Shown here: positions 43,102 through 57,045 of the stretch, piece by piece
How the letters are laid out: each line of letters starts with the position of its first letter
How positions within the stretch are numbered: the first letter of the stretch is position 1
Source of the DNA: Octopus vulgaris
Lineage: Eukaryota
Reading direction: 5' to 3'
Length of the DNA stretch: 64,000 nucleotides
Assembly (NCBI GenBank): GCA_951406725.2
Contig: OX597822.1
Location: 117,800,001 to 117,864,000, forward strand
Notes under the pieces: model-generated
Seen by the model: the letters and a program-made list of their open reading frames with translations, nothing else
The model's database searches: none
Told to the model about the DNA's origin: nothing
Program-made: the position numbers and the translations under genes

Positions 43102-43298
43102 TATATGTAAAGAGCAATGTACACTCTTTTGGATATTTATGGAGATAACTTGAAATTATACATCCTGCAGGTAGGTAGTTTGAATTTTGTTCCCACCGAA
43201 AGAAAAAACGCGTGGAATACTGGAGTATATACACACACTCATATATACTTACATAAGTACGTATATACATATACGTACACACACAAACACAAACCCAA

Positions 43299-43370
<72 letters not shown>

Positions 43371-43472
43371 CTGTGTGTATTATGTAGATTGCAATTATGT
43401 ATTGTGTAGATATACGTGGTGTGTGTGCGTGTGTGTGTGTGTGTGTGTGTATTTATATATGCATATACAATA

Positions 43473-43640
43473 CTTTATTTAAAGCAGCAGAAAAATTCAA
43501 CAAAACCTGTTACTCTGAGTTTCCCGTTGCCGTTGAATCTTGTTGAATTTTCTGCTGCTTTAAATAAAGCATATTACTCTACCACTGGTATTTGAGTACT
43601 CTTTTTTCCACCTTGTTTCACATTTATGTGTTTACTCCGG

Positions 43641-43642
<2 letters not shown>
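43473..43642. mobile_element. Inverted-duplicated short element with a hammerhead remnant in the loop
   Basis: Arms 43473-43503 / 43540-43569. The loop on the minus strand contains aacggcaacgg GAAA ctcagag TA acagg. Homologous to 61825-61952. Confidence 0.7.
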
Positions 43643-43692
<50 letters not shown>

Positions 43693-44162
43693 TGAGTACA
43701 TGTGTATGTGAAAAGTCAGCTGAAATATAGATTTTTTTACCATGTTTACCGACATCAACAGACATACATACATATGTGTGTATGTGTGTATTCATACTTA
43801 CTTTCCATCGCGTGTTCGCCCACCCGCGCGGACACGTACACACACACACATGCACAGGCACACACACACACACACGCGCGCGCACAAACATCAATACACA
43901 ATTACGTGCACCCTGCTAAATATGCACGGACACCAGAGCATACAGCCATACACGTAAAAGCATAGAATATATATATTGATTTTTTTATATCAGCATGCAA
44001 TCATACATATAAATAAAGCTCTCTTTTTTTTAAAAGTCATATATATATATATAAACATAAATGTGTACGAGTGTATGTATGTATGTATGTAAACATAAAT
44101 ATGAATGTGTTATTATGTATCTAGCTAGCTGTGTATGAATAGATAGATATATAGACAGTTAA

Positions 44163-44168
44163 ATAGAC

Positions 44169-44227
<59 letters not shown>

Positions 44228-44239
44228 CAGACAGATAGT

Positions 44240-44303
<64 letters not shown>

Positions 44304-44315
44304 CAGACAGATAGT

Positions 44316-44379
<64 letters not shown>

Positions 44380-44391
44380 CAGACAGATAGT

Positions 44392-44435
<44 letters not shown>

Positions 44436-44450
44436 CAGATAGTTAGATAA

Positions 44451-44503
<53 letters not shown>

Positions 44504-44504
44504 C

Positions 44505-44540
<36 letters not shown>
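44163..44540. repeat. (GATA)n array with periodic GACA/GTTA interruptions
   Basis: Directly visible. Confidence 0.98.
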
Positions 44541-44541
<1 letters not shown>

Positions 44542-45144
44542 TGACTTCTAAGATTTAAATAAAGTTACATCCATTTTCATTTGTATCGTCACATTTAAGA
44601 ATTATATTCGTAATTTACTTATACAAAATATATACTTGAAAGCACACACAACACGCACACGTATGCACAATGCACACTCACACACACACACACACACACG
44701 CTTACACACACACGCGTACACACACACGCATAGAGTTTGTGTAAGTATCTGTATTAACATAACTCAGATGTTTTGATTTTTTACTTCACACATTTGCAAG
44801 GTAAAAACTATGGAAGCCCATAGACACCGCTATTAACACAACAACGTATGTGAACACATGCACACACTTACGCATACACGTCTGTTTAGAAGAATGTGAA
44901 GCTACAGAAGTGACTCAAGGACCCAGATTTCGTGCCAACCACTCGCCAAAGCAGCAGGATCTGCTCTCACTCCTACGGTTCACCACGAAATAACTAAATA
45001 ATGTCGCCCTACATTTTGTGTATTGAGTTCTCACTCTCTTGCTCCTAAATACTTATGCATTTCATTTCAGGGTGCTTGCGTGTGTGTGTCTATACACACA
45101 CACACACGCACACACACACACACACGCACATACACGCACACACA

Positions 45145-45183
<39 letters not shown>

Positions 45184-45264
45184 ACACACACATAAATTAT
45201 CCGAAGTGTACAGTATTATATACGCATCACAGCCGATATGTATGTATTATATGTAAATACATAC

Positions 45265-45307
<43 letters not shown>

Positions 45308-45545
45308 AACAAATACATACATGTAAATGTGTGTATACATATACATATATGTACATGCATGTATATATGCATATATATATATATATATATATATATACAT
45401 GCATGTACATATGTATGTTTTATGTATGTGTATATATATGTTTGTATATGTTTCTGTGTATATATCTATGTCTATCTTTCTCTCTCTCCATATATATATG
45501 CACAGATATCTATGTAGAAATGTATATGTATGTATATGTATATAA

Positions 45546-45606
<61 letters not shown>

Positions 45607-45722
45607 TGTATACACATATAAGCATATATATGTATGTATAAGCATATGTGCGTGTGTGTAAACGCAGATGACTGTGTGTGTGTGTGTGTGCGTGTGTTTG
45701 TGTGTGTGTGTGTGTGTGTGTT

Positions 45723-45758
<36 letters not shown>

Positions 45759-46692
45759 CGTGTGCGTAAAATGCCAGCTTACGATAAAGCACAGCTAAAC
45801 ATACAACTTGCAAGACGATCGATTTTCTTTCACACAATGTGGCTTCGAGTTCAAGGTTTGTTGATAGAAAACTATCTCTCTGTCTATCTAGTCATCCGTC
45901 TGTCTATCTGTCTGTCTCTCTGTCTGTCTATTGTTTTGTGTGTCTGCATTCGCCGTTTCTTTTTCTCTGTCTCTCAGCTGTCTCTCTCTGTCTTTTCTCT
46001 ACGTACGTCTCTCTACTTCTCTGCCTGTCTATCGCCTCTCTCTCTCTCTCTACAGAAACACATCGACGGATTGTCTGGTTGTTGTAAAAGCTCTGTGTAT
46101 GTATATATTTACGAAAACTGTCAGCGTGTTTCAATACTGTGAACACACGTACAACTTTGCAAAGCGAGTTTTAAGTGTTTAGAAAACTATGAACGCATGC
46201 GAGTATGTATAATAGTGTGCGTGTATACATACATACACATGCAAACGCACGCATACAGACACATACACACTACTGCAGTTTTACCCATCACATGACGGGT
46301 AATTTTGGAAGTACACTTTTGCCGCCATAATACCTAAAATCATGGCCTACGTGTAATAATTTTAATTTATTTTTCATCCAAAGTTTTTTTCCCATTATAC
46401 TACAGACGATCGAAACAAGACATGTTTTACTTTAAAATGATATTTTAAGAAACCAGGTTTCTTATTTGCAATAAATGCATGTTTTATATTTTTCTAAATA
46501 CTATCAACACATTTTTACACCTTCGAAAACTTATCTCGGGAGAAAGATGAGTATTTTTCAGAAATTTCTCATTGCCTGCCATCAAGCCTCGTATGCGCAC
46601 TCAGTCTGTATCTCCCTCCCACTCCCTGTCTTTATGGGCTGTAAATCATGAACTTAGCCAACTAGTCAACCAACGTCTATACCGGCTAATTA

Positions 46693-46751
<59 letters not shown>

Positions 46752-46755
<4 letters not shown>

Positions 46756-46983
46756 CAGAATCAGATCGCCATGTTGAATCGCTAGCTTCTGCACGCATTT
46801 TTTTTCTTTTTTTCTCTCCTTGTTTCTCTCCGTGTTTCTTTTCTGTGTATCTTTCTGTTGAAGAGCGTAGGCTCGAAACGTAAAAGACTTGTTTTATTTA
46901 TATTCCCGAGCGCCATACTAATACAATTGTTTGTTTGTATTCCACCTGCCTTCGTCTTTTGTTTATTTTCATAAAGCTTCCCG

Positions 46984-46985
<2 letters not shown>
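46752..46985 (+). mobile_element. (TA)n-embedded short element (family H1) with a hammerhead-like motif at 46850-46887
   Basis: tcttt CTGTTGA a GAGC gtag GCTC GAAA cGTA aaaga. Relatives at 51815-52013 (-) and 59780-60044. Confidence 0.75.
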
Positions 46986-47022
<37 letters not shown>

Positions 47023-47338
47023 GATATATCCATATATGTGTGTCTGTGTGTGTACATGCATAAACGCACGCATTTAGCCTACAAGTGAGGGTAGTACTGT
47101 AAACGGTGGCAATGGCAACTGGCCCAGGAGATAGAGAATTGTTACTGAAAAAAGCTTTAGGTATGCTTTTTATTAAGTTTGTGGCGGATAATTTCATCAG
47201 CTTCTGCCATCAGCATTTCTAAAACATGTCGCTGGCCATTCCTACACAATCCTTCAGCAGCGAAAGCAGACCATCTCTGTGGGTGGTCAGTGAAACAGCT
47301 GGCTTTTACAATTCACACTTTGAAAGGCGTAAACATAA

Positions 47339-47422
<84 letters not shown>

Positions 47423-47982
47423 CACACACACACACACGTACACATGCACATACAATTTCTTACGTTGAATGTCTTAACAACGCACACAATATGTATGGCA
47501 GTGTATTGTGGCTCCCCCTTTCGGTATGTTTTTATTCCTTTCGGTATATTTTAATTTTGTCATCCGCGCATTGCCATATCATGGAAGAATTTTTTTCCTG
47601 AGTTTCTATTCTAGAAAACCTAGCAACATATTTCAGAAAGTAGAAGCAACAACAGAAAAATACTATTAATGTAATCACTGGATCTCTCCTTAAGCGTAAT
47701 ATTTTATTTATGCTAGAAGGTGTGTCTACCTTCTGTTCAAATTCCGTCGAGGTCATCTTCACCATTCATCGTTTCGTGGTCGATAATGTAAGAATCCATA
47801 GAACACTCGGTAGAAACACTAGGGTAGATGTACCAGACTTATCTGTTCCCCTGAAACTACTGGCCTTGTACTAAAATTTGAAATTAATATTATATTTATC
47901 ATATTTGGTGGGGGTATGTGTCTACCTTGCACACTCAAAATAAACACCCCGTTTCATATATGGCTGCGAGCGCATGCGTGTA

Positions 47983-48730
47983 TATCCGAGGCAGTACCCA
48001 AAAGAAACCGGAATGTTGCAATATAATTTTATTCACTTAGTTTTACTTGTTTACACTTTTATCGCCTCCCAAGTATTCTCCATCTGAAGCAATGCTCGTC
48101 TCAGAAGCGTTTTCCACTGTTCGAAGCAGTGCCGGAATTCTTGTGAAATGGTGCCTTTTAACACCTCCGTTATTTTTTTTTTTTTTCGTCACCTCAGCCA
48201 CGTCTGCAAAACGTTTTCCTTTAAGGACTTTTTTCATTCGGGGAAACAGAAAAATGTCGCAGGGAGCAAGATTGGGTGAATAGAAAAGGTGGGTAAGCGA
48301 GGTCATGACATTTTTAGTCAAAAACTGTCACACACTCAAGGTGGTGTGCGCGCGACAGATGGGGGCGTTTTCGTCTCATCGCATTTCAGAAACGCTTCAG
48401 AACTGCCAAGTAAAATGTCTGGTTAACAGTTTCACTCGGAGGAACTAATTCTGTGTGGGGACAATTCCTTTTGTATCGATGAAACAAATCAGCACCGTCT
48501 TGACATTGGACTTCACTTGATGCGCTTTTTGCGGACGTTGTGACACTGAATGCTTTTATTAACTTGATTGGTGCTTCCTTTCCGGGTCCTGAGCCGTAGC
48601 ACCAGCTTTCGTCACCAACGATAACCTACCCAAAAACACGGTCCGGATCAACTTCCAGCTGTTCTTTCAGTTCACGACACGCATTCAGTCGTGACTGCTT
48701 TTGATCATGCGTGAACAAATGAAGCACAAA
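47983..48730 (-). mobile_element. 3' half of a mariner of the same family as 32774-34025
   Basis: Same TIR and subterminal sequence. ORF 48043-48321 encodes YSPNLAPCDIFLFPRMKKVLKGKRFADV. Truncated at a (TA)n tract. Confidence 0.92.
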
Positions 48731-48794
48731 TATATATATAATATATAAATTAGAGAAAAACCACTATTATGTAATTCAAACAATAATAGACTTA

Positions 48795-48847
<53 letters not shown>

Positions 48848-48949
48848 AGACACACGCCATGTAGACGCACACAGACAAACACATGTGGGTTTTATTGGAA
48901 GTAATGCAAAAATAGGTATTTTGGTTATCAGCAGACATATGTCGTTGAA

Positions 48950-50190
48950 ACTGCACTGCACTTGGTGGAACAGAAACTGTTCCTCAATACAAAGTTCCCA
49001 CTTAGCATAATCTCCATGAAACGATACGGCTGTGCATCCAATTTTTGAACCCTCATAGAAAAGACTTTTTGCATGCATATTGTGCCCACCTCACCACAAG
49101 CACTTTCATGAGGCCTGCCATTACATCGTTGTCTCGAACGTTAAAGAATAGCTTTTATTGGATCGAACATTTGGAAGGTGGAGGGCACCAGTTCTTGGCT
49201 GAACGGCAGATGGTAAACCACTGGCGAACTCAATTTGCTGATTAATTGATTTGATGCCAACGATTCGTGATGTTATAAAATGTCATGGTGAATATGGATC
49301 AGATTTTTGTGTGGCATCTTCCTCCTAATCGCTTTTCTAAGTCTTTTTAATGTCTTGCTGCACCGTTCGCTTTCACAATACGTCTAGGTTCAAGAATATC
49401 AAGGAGCGTGATGCCCTTATCATATCCAGAAAAAAAAATAACAAATAAGCACTCCGTCTGTTACGACGACGCGGGTTCGAGGGTATCCTATCAACGGAAC
49501 AGCTTGCTTGTGAAATTAACGTGCAAGTGATTGAGCCTAACACAGATACGCGTACCTTTAACGTAGTTCTCACAGATATTCATCTCTGACACACAATGTA
49601 ACAAAGCTGGTCCTTTTGAAATACAGGTACGACTCAATTTTGCCAGCTGCGTGGGCAATAAAGTGTCTTGCTCAAAAATTTAACGCGCCTCCGGGAATCG
49701 AACTCACGACATTATGATTATGAGCCGAACACCTAACCACTTGGCCACACAACTCTTGAATTTGTTAGGACTTAGAGAAGTAGTGTGACGCCCTTCCATG
49801 ACTAAGCCTTCGTTTCCGGATCATAAAAATACGCCCACGTTTCACCTTGGCTTCAAATGCTTGCAGTAGGCCAGAGCAGGCTTTCACTGTTCTCTCATTC
49901 AAATCGTGTGTCAACTGCTGAGATACTCGCTTTCCTGATACTCAAAATCTTCCACCATCTGCAACGCAGTTACCATTGTCCAGTTGTGTAACAACAGTTG
50001 GTGACTCGCCTACCTACTTAAGCGAATGAATTCGTCTACTCGCTGGTTTTTCGTGTCAATGGTTGCATTTACCGTATACAGGTATCCCCTTCTTTAAACT
50101 CCTTCATCCATCCGTGCACAATCTGGTGTCTTCTGTAAATACCGGAGACCCTTTCAACAAAAACTTAATGATGGCACGTTGCTTCGGCTT
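48950..50190 (-). mobile_element. Highly decayed mariner of another family, split by a SINE
   Basis: N-terminal QRAIIKFL...WMKEFKEG and GETWAYFYDPETK at 49790-50185. C-terminal LVPSTFQMFDPIK and FYEG...HGDYAK at 48990-49200. Confidence 0.7.
49447..49751 (-). mobile_element. tRNA-derived SINE (head B plus tail X)
   Basis: Minus-strand head gtgtggccaagtggttagg...gagttcgattccc...ttgagcaagacacttt. Tail aligns with 21488-21668. Confidence 0.85.
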
Positions 50191-50417
50191 GGAGCGGCCC
50201 GGTGAAATAGGGTCACGTAAGGAATAAGATAAATCCATTTAAGTGCTCCTCTGTATTCTCATTCAAACCCCATTGCGATTCAAGGGTAGGTAGAAGATTG
50301 AATCGTGACTTTGACCCACAACATTGTAATATATATAAATACATAGATTTCTCAGATAGGATTGTGCGTTTGTGCGTGCGTGCATGCGTATGTGCGTGCG
50401 TGCGTGCGTGTGTGCGT

Positions 50418-50452
<35 letters not shown>

Positions 50453-50779
50453 TGTGTGTGTGTGTGTGTGTTCTTATGTATTTCCTCCCCTCTGTTTATC
50501 CCCATATACACACAGAGTGAGGGATTGATAAGAAAAGTGAGGCGTGGGAATAGAATAATCCATTCGTTTACAACTGTTTCATACGTATCCTGGTATGCTA
50601 AATAAGTGCATTAAGAACTTTTTTCCGCAATGAAACTGTAAACGACAGGTAAAAGTTCTTAAAGAAGAGGGGAGCTTAGCGTACAGGTAATACCGCAAAC
50701 TTACATAACTTCCGTTCGGTTACCCTTTGAAACATATGTAATACGTATTTACACACCCAATTCCCTACATCCTCAGTAA

Positions 50780-51173
50780 TCTCTCTATATATAAAGCTGA
50801 AGTTGTCTGTGTATGGCAGGTTTGGTAGCCTTCAACTAACACTATCTCCTCCGAGACCCTGCTGCGCAAGTTGACCAAAATTGAGAGTATGATAGAAGAA
50901 GGCTTGCTCGTCCTTCCGTAGGAGAAAAAATTCAAATCGGACCATGTTAAGACCAAAAATTATTTACATCAAAAAGGTGCTTTTTTTCTATGAAAATCCC
51001 TATATTTTACAATTTTTTTTTACTGGTGTGTCGCCATTTTTCGGTGTATTTCAACCAGAAAAATGTTCACTTAAAGAGAATAACAAGCTACATAATGCAA
51101 AAGTTTTACTTTTCAAAAATTCCAATTCTAAAGGGTCGAAACAAACCCGAGCAACGCCGAGCTATACTGCTAG
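50780..51173 (+). mobile_element. Non-autonomous Helitron (394 bp)
   Basis: Inserted between A (50779) and T (51174) with no TSD. 5' end TCTCTCTATATATAAA. 3' subterminal hairpin cccgagcaacgccgag followed by terminal CTAG. Confidence 0.85.
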
Positions 51174-51174
51174 T

Positions 51175-51229
<55 letters not shown>

Positions 51230-51231
<2 letters not shown>

Positions 51232-51783
51232 AATCAAATTGCGATAAAATAAAAATAATTATTATCGCTGGTATTACTAACACAAGCCATATATTTTTCA
51301 TATATCAGTACATTAAGGCGAAATATGTGCTAGGAATACAGAAGCTTGATAAATTAAGTGAAATGAAGATAAAAACATTTACTAAACCGGTAATTCTCAG
51401 ACTGCAGTTTCTTTCTTTTCAGCAATAAGATAATTTATTTGCTCAGGGAGAATTCTTCTGTGAGACCCTGTCTTTCTGGGATCCTAACTCACTAGAGGCA
51501 TGTGCTTCTAATGATTTACTCTCCCTAACTAATCATATCACTGCGCAGACTCCGAACGTCCCGACAAAACTAGGGAATTCTGGTATATCGCCTGGCGCTC
51601 GTAATTTATCGAGAAATATGTAAACAAATCAAATTGCGATAAAATAAAAATAATTATTATCGCTGGTATTACTAACACAAGCCATATATTTTTTCATATA
51701 TCAGTACATTAAGGCGAAATATGTGCTAGGAATACAGAAGCTTGATAAATTAAGTGAAATGAAGATAAAAACATTTACTAAAC

Positions 51784-51784
<1 letters not shown>
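51230..51784. mobile_element. (TA)n-flanked element with ~160-bp terminal direct repeats (period 395 bp)
   Basis: 51230-51388 equals 51625-51784 except for one T indel. Confidence 0.85.
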
Positions 51785-51814
<30 letters not shown>

Positions 51815-51817
<3 letters not shown>

Positions 51818-52013
51818 AGAGTTTATGAAAAATACCAAAGACGAAGACAGGTGGTGTACAAAACAAACAGATGTATTAGTATAACGCTCAGGAATAGAAA
51901 AAGTCTTTTACGTTTCAAACCTACGCTCTTCTACAGAAAGGGACACAGAAAATAAGTAGAGAAACAAGGAAAGAAAAAAATGTGTGTAGTGGCTAACGAT
52001 CTATCATGGCGAC
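51815..52013 (-). mobile_element. Family H1 element; hammerhead-like motif at 51903-51940 with damaged stem II
   Basis: Reverse complement aligns with 46752-46985. Reads cttt CTGTAGA agagcgtaggttt GAAA cGTA aaag. Confidence 0.75.
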
Positions 52014-52352
52014 ATATATATATATATGCGTGTGTGTGCGGGTGTGTGTGTGTGTATGTGGAAAGCGAGAGAGATAATTAGATAGATGAATATACAAACA
52101 TACTTTAACACTTACATACAGACGTGCCCATGTACGCACGCTCACAAACATATATTTGTGAATGGGGAAATATATTTGTTTTACTCATTTGTACGTTTCA
52201 ACCATTGGTCTGTGACCAGGCTTCGGCAACGCTTTGCAGGGTTCTAAAAGACCAATTTGCTTTATATTTTAAAGTCTCGTCTTTTTTGTGATAACCCTCT
52301 ATGTTACGAGAAAGAAAACAGAACAGTACTCTGTTTCAAAGATTATGAATAA

Positions 52353-52411
<59 letters not shown>

Positions 52412-52653
52412 AACACACGCACACACACAGAGACTCAGAGGACAGGTGCCAGACAGTTTGCAACTATGGAATTCTCGCTTTGAGCGAGTTGAGGTTGCGG
52501 CAAGAGACACCTGCCCAAAACGGCCAAGCAGCGAGATTCAACTCGTACCTGAAACCCCGTTTTTACGATGTAAACTACTCAACCACACAGAACCATGCCT
52601 TAGATCATATATACATGTATATATATATATTTATATATATACATATATATATG

Positions 52654-52706
<53 letters not shown>

Positions 52707-52812
52707 CGTGCGTGTGAAGAGGGAGTTGTACTTATGTTTATGTATACAAGTATATTTATATAAAGATACGTGTATACTTGTATAAAAGCATATATAATTA
52801 CTGGTACATGTG

Positions 52813-52845
<33 letters not shown>

Positions 52846-53145
52846 ATTTATATGCACATACATACATTACATGGCATTACATACACAATTCATCTGCACA
52901 CTCTGCAGCTTCGGAAATCGTGTGTTGCTAATAATGGATGTTGATATCGGTTAAGATATTATCAAATCATCTCTAGAAGACAACATGTGATATTCATACC
53001 CTACATGTGATAGCGTGATATTTGTCATAGCGTGTGATATGACTTAGCTTTAGACCGCAATAACTACTCCAGGAATCTATACGAGAAAACCATTCAATAC
53101 ACATATTAAAGGTATATATAGTTGTTTTTGCATTTCTTTCTTCCT

Positions 53146-53185
<40 letters not shown>

Positions 53186-53218
53186 ATATGCATCTATACA
53201 TTAATGTCTGTGTATATA

Positions 53219-53268
<50 letters not shown>

Positions 53269-53354
53269 CACATCTATTTATTTATATGTCTACTGATATG
53301 TATCTCTGCATCTAAACTATTGCATGTGTGAGTGCACGTATGTACATGAATATA

Positions 53355-53395
<41 letters not shown>

Positions 53396-53465
53396 GTGTT
53401 TGTACGTGCGTGTGTGTATCTGTACACATGCATAAATATCTACTTATCTGTACACCTGCTAATAT

Positions 53466-53690
53466 GAGCTGGCAGAGTGGTTAGCGCGCCGGGCGAAATG
53501 CTTTGCGGTATTTCGTCTGCCGTTACGTTCTGAGTTCAAATTCCGCCGAGGTCGACTTTGCCTTTCATCTTTTCGGGGTCGATAAATTAAATACCAGTCA
53601 CGCACTGAGGTCGATGTAATCGACTTAATCCCTTTGTCTGTCCTTGTTTGTCCCCTCTGTGTTTAGCCCCTTGTGGGCAATAAATAAATA
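53466..53690 (+). mobile_element. Family M SINE
   Basis: Closely matches 30889-31112 and the reverse complement of 1326-1549. Confidence 0.92.
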
Positions 53691-55313
53691 AATAAATAAA
53701 TATATATATATATATATATATATATGCATGCATAAGTGTGCATCACACACACAACACACACACACACATTAATGTATAGACATATATACTTGCATGTGTT
53801 TACGTGTGTGTGTGTTTGTGTGTGAAAGAGACAGAGAGAGAGAGAGAGAGAGAAAGAGAAGTAGGATAAATAGAACGTGTCTGTGGACTGTTTTTCTCTT
53901 TATTATTATCAGTACTGCTTGGACAAAATTAACACGGTGACATCGTCAGGAATTGAACTTAGGGCGCTGAGACCCGGAATGAAAAGTGCATGCTAATGTA
54001 TTCTATGTTCTCGTCAGTCTAACTCTCATACTCGCTTGCTTACACACCCATAAATATATCTGATGTATTTATGTGAGTAAACCTACGCATGTGCTTACTG
54101 TCGATACGCCTACTGTGGTATGGCATTAGCGGCATCCGAAAGGTATATAATGTGCTAAGGTGTATTGAATAAGAGCTGATCACATAACATCAGTTCTGTT
54201 TAACTTAGTCGGAGAATATTCTAAAAGATCTGCGGGAGAAAATTCTGAAAGATCTGCAGATGAATTGATGGTTCATATATTTCTGTGTTTTTCTGAGTTT
54301 ATTTATTTTCATTTACAGAAACCCGCCCAGCAACGAATACATGCTTTCACAGACGCAAATGCACACGAATATACAATTGTGTGTGTGTGTGCGTGTGTGT
54401 GTGCGTGTGTGTGTGCGTGTGTGTGTGTGCGTGTGTGTGTGTGCGCGTGTGCATGCGTGCATGCATGTGTGTGCGAGTTGCGAGTGTGCCCGTTCATGTG
54501 TGTACGTAGGTATGTATGCATATATATAAACATGTATACACACTCACACACACACGCACACACACGCACACACATATATATATTGGTATATGCATATATG
54601 TATGTATATAATTGAATATGATATCTACTTTTTTTTTAAATAGGATATAGATTATATTTTTTCTTACCCATTCACTGCTTTTCAAAATTTGAGAAGCAAA
54701 TCTGAAAATAATAAAATATGGAAAAATGAATCTATTTTGTGTCTATTAAATGCTTTAATACTCCAGTTCAATGCGCGTTCCTATCTTACAGATTTCATTA
54801 GTGCAAATTTTGATTGAAAATTAAACATAAAGAAGAATTTTATTTGTGTATTTTCATGCAGAAAATAAACCGTTAGAATAAAAAACAAAAACCTATCTTC
54901 TTCATTGCATAAGAAAACTGAATTAAGTAACAACCCGGATGTATTGAGAAAGAGATTTTTTAACCTCGATATGAATTAAGTATATTTACTCGGACAGAGT
55001 TTTACGGCCATCATAGTAAGCAGTGTTTGTATAAGGACGGAACCGTTTTTTTTTTCTTTTTCCTGCAGATCTCATAACTTTAAGGCAAGATTCTCGCTGC
55101 AATGATATGAGTCGAATATGCCATTGAAATACCAGAACATTAATAAGAAACAAAATATAGTGTTCACAGCTATTTACTGTCTTAAATCCATCTGGTTTCT
55201 ATTTCTATAGTGACACTGGAGTTGAAAGAAAAAAAGAAAGTCAATTTCTTTTAATGCCTTCATGTTCATTCAGATCTCTATATCAAAATTTTCCTTGAAG
55301 TTTAGATTTCAAA

Positions 55314-55363
55314 ACTTGCACTGATGAAATCTGTCAGATAGAAACTGTGCATTCAGTTGAAGT
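55314..55363 (+). ncRNA. Hammerhead-ribozyme-like motif with canonical core
   Basis: acttgca CTGATGA a ATCT gtc AGAT a GAAA CTG tgcatt CAG TT gaagt. Stems II and III pair; the stem II closing pair and stem I are imperfect. Confidence 0.45.
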
Positions 55364-56191
55364 ATTCTAAACCTGAATAAATCTAAAATAAACAGCTTCA
55401 TATTCACTTATCGAATTTGTTATTCATGTTTCGTAATGAAAATACATTCTCGCAAAAGAGAAAAATAATCTTTTTTCTATAAAATAAAAGTATATAACGA
55501 TCGCACATGCTTAGAAGAAAAGGATTTTTACCCGAACATGAGGTTATTTAAGGGGAGAGGTTCATGAATGTTTTACAACGCAAATAACTAGTATGTTCTA
55601 GAATAGAATCAGAATAAAATCACCGTTTCCTGTGAGGCTACGTCCTAAAAAGGGGAAGACTGATAACTCTTACTTAATAGACAAATCGCACACACACACG
55701 CACACATGCACATGCGCGCACACACACACACACACGCGCAAACATATATATATATATACGCGTTCATGTATGTGTGTATAGAGTAAGCTCTATGAGCAAT
55801 AGGGAGGTTGGGGGAATTGGCAAATACAAAACAAGAAAGAAAAAAGACAGTTGAAGTGTTAGAATCAAGGGGTGGGAGTTCTATTCTGGAGGAAAAGTAA
55901 ATCGGAGAAAAAAGGGACAGGTATGTAGGAAGAAGGGTAACTTCGTATCCGTTTCTGGAAGCGGACGGGTGTAACGTGGGTGTGGTAAGTGTACGTGAGT
56001 TGGTGGGGTGTACGAACGTGTAACAGGTGTGTACAAGTGTGGAAGTATAATGGTGTTAGTTTGTGGGTGTTTGCGATGTTGACGTGTATGGTATTGTGTG
56101 TGTGTGTGTGTGGGGGGGTAATCGTTAGGTATGTGATATGAAGGCGTGTATATGAAGAGGTGAGAGCAGCTGCGAGAGTGAGGAAATAAAA

Positions 56192-56360
56192 GCTGACCCG
56201 TCTTAACACATGGGCACACTATGTAGTTGCCCAAGGGCTTCAGTAGTCTAGGAGCTCAATTCTGATTTACGTATGCCTTGATTTGCTGTCAATAAAAAGT
56301 ACAATAAGGCCCAATGCATTGATTTGGTTGCGGGCCTATAATGGTTCTAAGATGGCCCTG
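56192..56360. mobile_element. Short MITE with decayed (cagggc)cgtcttaa / taagatggccctg termini, probably hAT-derived
   Basis: Terminal inverted similarity ccgtctta / taagatgg. Internal atgggcacact...agttgccc...ggg motif. Superfamily is inferred. Confidence 0.55.
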
Positions 56361-56367
56361 AACAAAC

Positions 56368-56409
<42 letters not shown>

Positions 56410-56711
56410 AATGGCAAAAACAATGTGGAAGGTAAATGCGCACACGTATGTATACATACATATGTGTGTGTGCGTGTTACGTTTAAATTATTTAAATAAT
56501 TTTTTAAATTTTAACTTTTATATTTTTAAATTTATTTTATGTATTGGCTTATGTTTTTCACTGTTTGATTTGCCTAATAGTGGTTTTATCTCTAATTTAA
56601 TATAATATAATATAATATATTTATACTATAAAATTGGATTTAATCCTAAATCTAATTTTTCCCTGTAAGTTTGGATTTATTCCCTAATATTATTATTATA
56701 TATATATATAT

Positions 56712-56938
56712 AGACTTCAGAAATGTAACCACACGTGAGACGTTAGTGATTTTCTTTCTTCTTGTTTGGACTTTTCCCTTTCCCCTTTCCGACGAAGCGC
56801 GTTGCTCGAAACGTTAAAAGCACTCGCCTTTCACTGAGCGTCGAACAAATATAATTTTTGTGCACGGCCTTACGTTCGTTTTTTTTCCTCTTTTCATTTT
56901 TTAACCGTTTTAAAAATTATTTGTTTGTTGAATTGACT
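56712..56938 (+). mobile_element. Microsatellite-embedded short element with a hammerhead-like motif at 56785-56820
   Basis: cttt CCGACGA agcgcgttgctc GAAA cGTT aaaag. Flanks align with 10058-10220. Confidence 0.65.
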
Positions 56939-57007
56939 ATATACATATACATATACATATACATACATACATACATACATACATACATACATACATACAT
57001 ACACACG

Positions 57008-57045
<38 letters not shown>

